A stretch of DNA of 64,000 nt from Octopus vulgaris (Eukaryota): assembly GCA_951406725.2 (NCBI GenBank), contig OX597834.1, forward strand, positions 16,864,001 through 16,928,000, read 5' to 3'. The position numbers and the translations under genes were made by a program. The notes beneath the pieces were generated by a model, which saw only the letters and a list, made by a program, of their open reading frames with translations, was not told the origin of the DNA and ran no database searches. Shown here piece by piece: positions 62,351-64,000 of this stretch. Position 1 is the first letter of the stretch. Each line of letters opens with the position of its first letter.

Positions 62351-64000
62351 TGCATCGTTTTTTTATTATTTAGTATTTAATATTTATTTATTATTATTCC
62401 ACACCATTAATCATGCCTACCTACATAAAATATATATATAATATATGAGACATAATACTTTCTAATTGCCTAGCTTTGTTATATTTCTTTCTTCTCTATT
62501 CTTCCTCCTTAACAATAAATCATTCCTAATCTTCCAACTGTGAAAGAAAAGGATTTAAATACAAAAAAAGGGGGGTTTTTTCTCCCCTAATTCTTATTCT
62601 TTTTATATATTTTACATAATTTTAAGCTTTGTTTCAATTCTTTTAATTTTATATATGTATATATATATATAATTTATTTTAATGGTTATAATGAAATGTT
62701 CTATCATCATAGTTTAACAATCATTAAAATTAAATTAGATCGGATACAAAAAAAGAAAACTCTACCAAAATCTTCAGCATTTTTGAAAAAGAAACTTATT
62801 ATTCTTGATGGCAGCAGGTTTCATCTTCCCTTGAAGAGAGAAAGGACAGAAACATTGAAAGAAAATCTCTAGAATTTAAATTTTGCTTGGCACAAAATGG
62901 ATAAAAGACCAGTAACAGAATCGGGTATTCTTATGGATGAGGATCTTAGATTAATTAGTGTTAGATTAATTAGTCTTGTTCATCATCATCATCATCATTC
63001 CGTGCGAACATTTAAGTTAGGTCCCTCTTGAGGAGGGGTTTTATTAAGTTCAAATCTGGCCGGAGTCCACTTGGCTTTGCCATTTCTTGTGTCGATGACA
63101 GAAAATAGAAAAAAATGTGCCATAAAGTATACCGAGGTCAGTGATAAATAAATAAACCTGTGGTGGTGAAAATTATGGTTTTGGGGGGGCCAAATGTCGT
63201 ATAATTTTAATATTCTTTTTTTTTTTTTATTAAATATTTATTTTCCCATAATTTAGATTAAAACAAAGAAATGCCGTCGTCCCTCGATTCTTAATTTACC
63301 TGTCACGTGTGTGTAATGCAAATGTATATCTCTTTCTCTTACATACTTTCTCTTTGTGTAACTCACGTATTACATACACGCATATGTAAGGACACACATA
63401 TATATATGTGTATATATATATATATGTATATATATTTAGAGAGGCATACGTATTGTATAATATTATATTTTGGTGTCTCTCCCTTTGTCTTTTCTTCATT
63501 GTAGCCACCTTTTCTGTTTGATCCATTAACAAAGCATTTTGTCGGCGATCTGAATATGATATTTAATCTAGACAGATCCTCCAATATACATCCACGCACA
63601 TTTGCTCGTTATATATATATACGACATTGTGTAAAAATGCGTGCATTAAAATGTGGTTGTGTAATGCCTATATGTACCGTACGTATATAATATACATACA
63701 TACATCCACACGTCATTTTGTGTGTATAAATTCTCACATTTTAAAACGTTTTGCCAATTTCATTTTGTGAATTAAGTTTTTAAAATGTTACATTATGTCT
63801 GCTCTCTCCTTTATATATATGTATATACATATATGAGAAACTGATTCTATGTCCAATTTTTCGCTAATGGATTCCTCATCTAGTCGTTAAGCCAGCCAGA
63901 GAGAGAGAGACGAGAGCGGAGACGGCATTGAAAGGCGGATTCATGTTATATGCCGGCCGGTATCAACCAGTCAGAACAAAAAGTCGAAAATTCATGTCTT

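Overview
AT-rich, repeat-dense animal genomic DNA. The SINE families and KRAB-less tandem C2H2 genes point to a coleoid cephalopod, most likely Octopus (inference). The left third holds two tandemly duplicated C2H2 zinc-finger genes (9089-10279 and 18893-20497, +). The centre holds a minus-strand FLASH/CASP8AP2 homologue, the histone pre-mRNA 3'-processing factor, recognised by its LDLY motif and Lsm11-binding coiled coil. As read here, this gene is split: the spliced N-terminus stops after about 149 aa at TTT-TGA; about 560 nt follow with two frame changes and 11 TGA/TAG stops; then comes an intact 443-codon frame with an ARS2-binding-like motif (DLEKGEIVSD). The rest is nested mobile DNA: at least five SINE families, CR1, RTE, Proto2-like and Hero-like LINE fragments, Penelope-like fossils, Helitrons, MITEs, long inverted repeats and minisatellites. 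Several hammerhead-ribozyme-like motifs lie in the Penelope-type fragments. All calls were made by eye with no database searches, so repeat boundaries are approximate.
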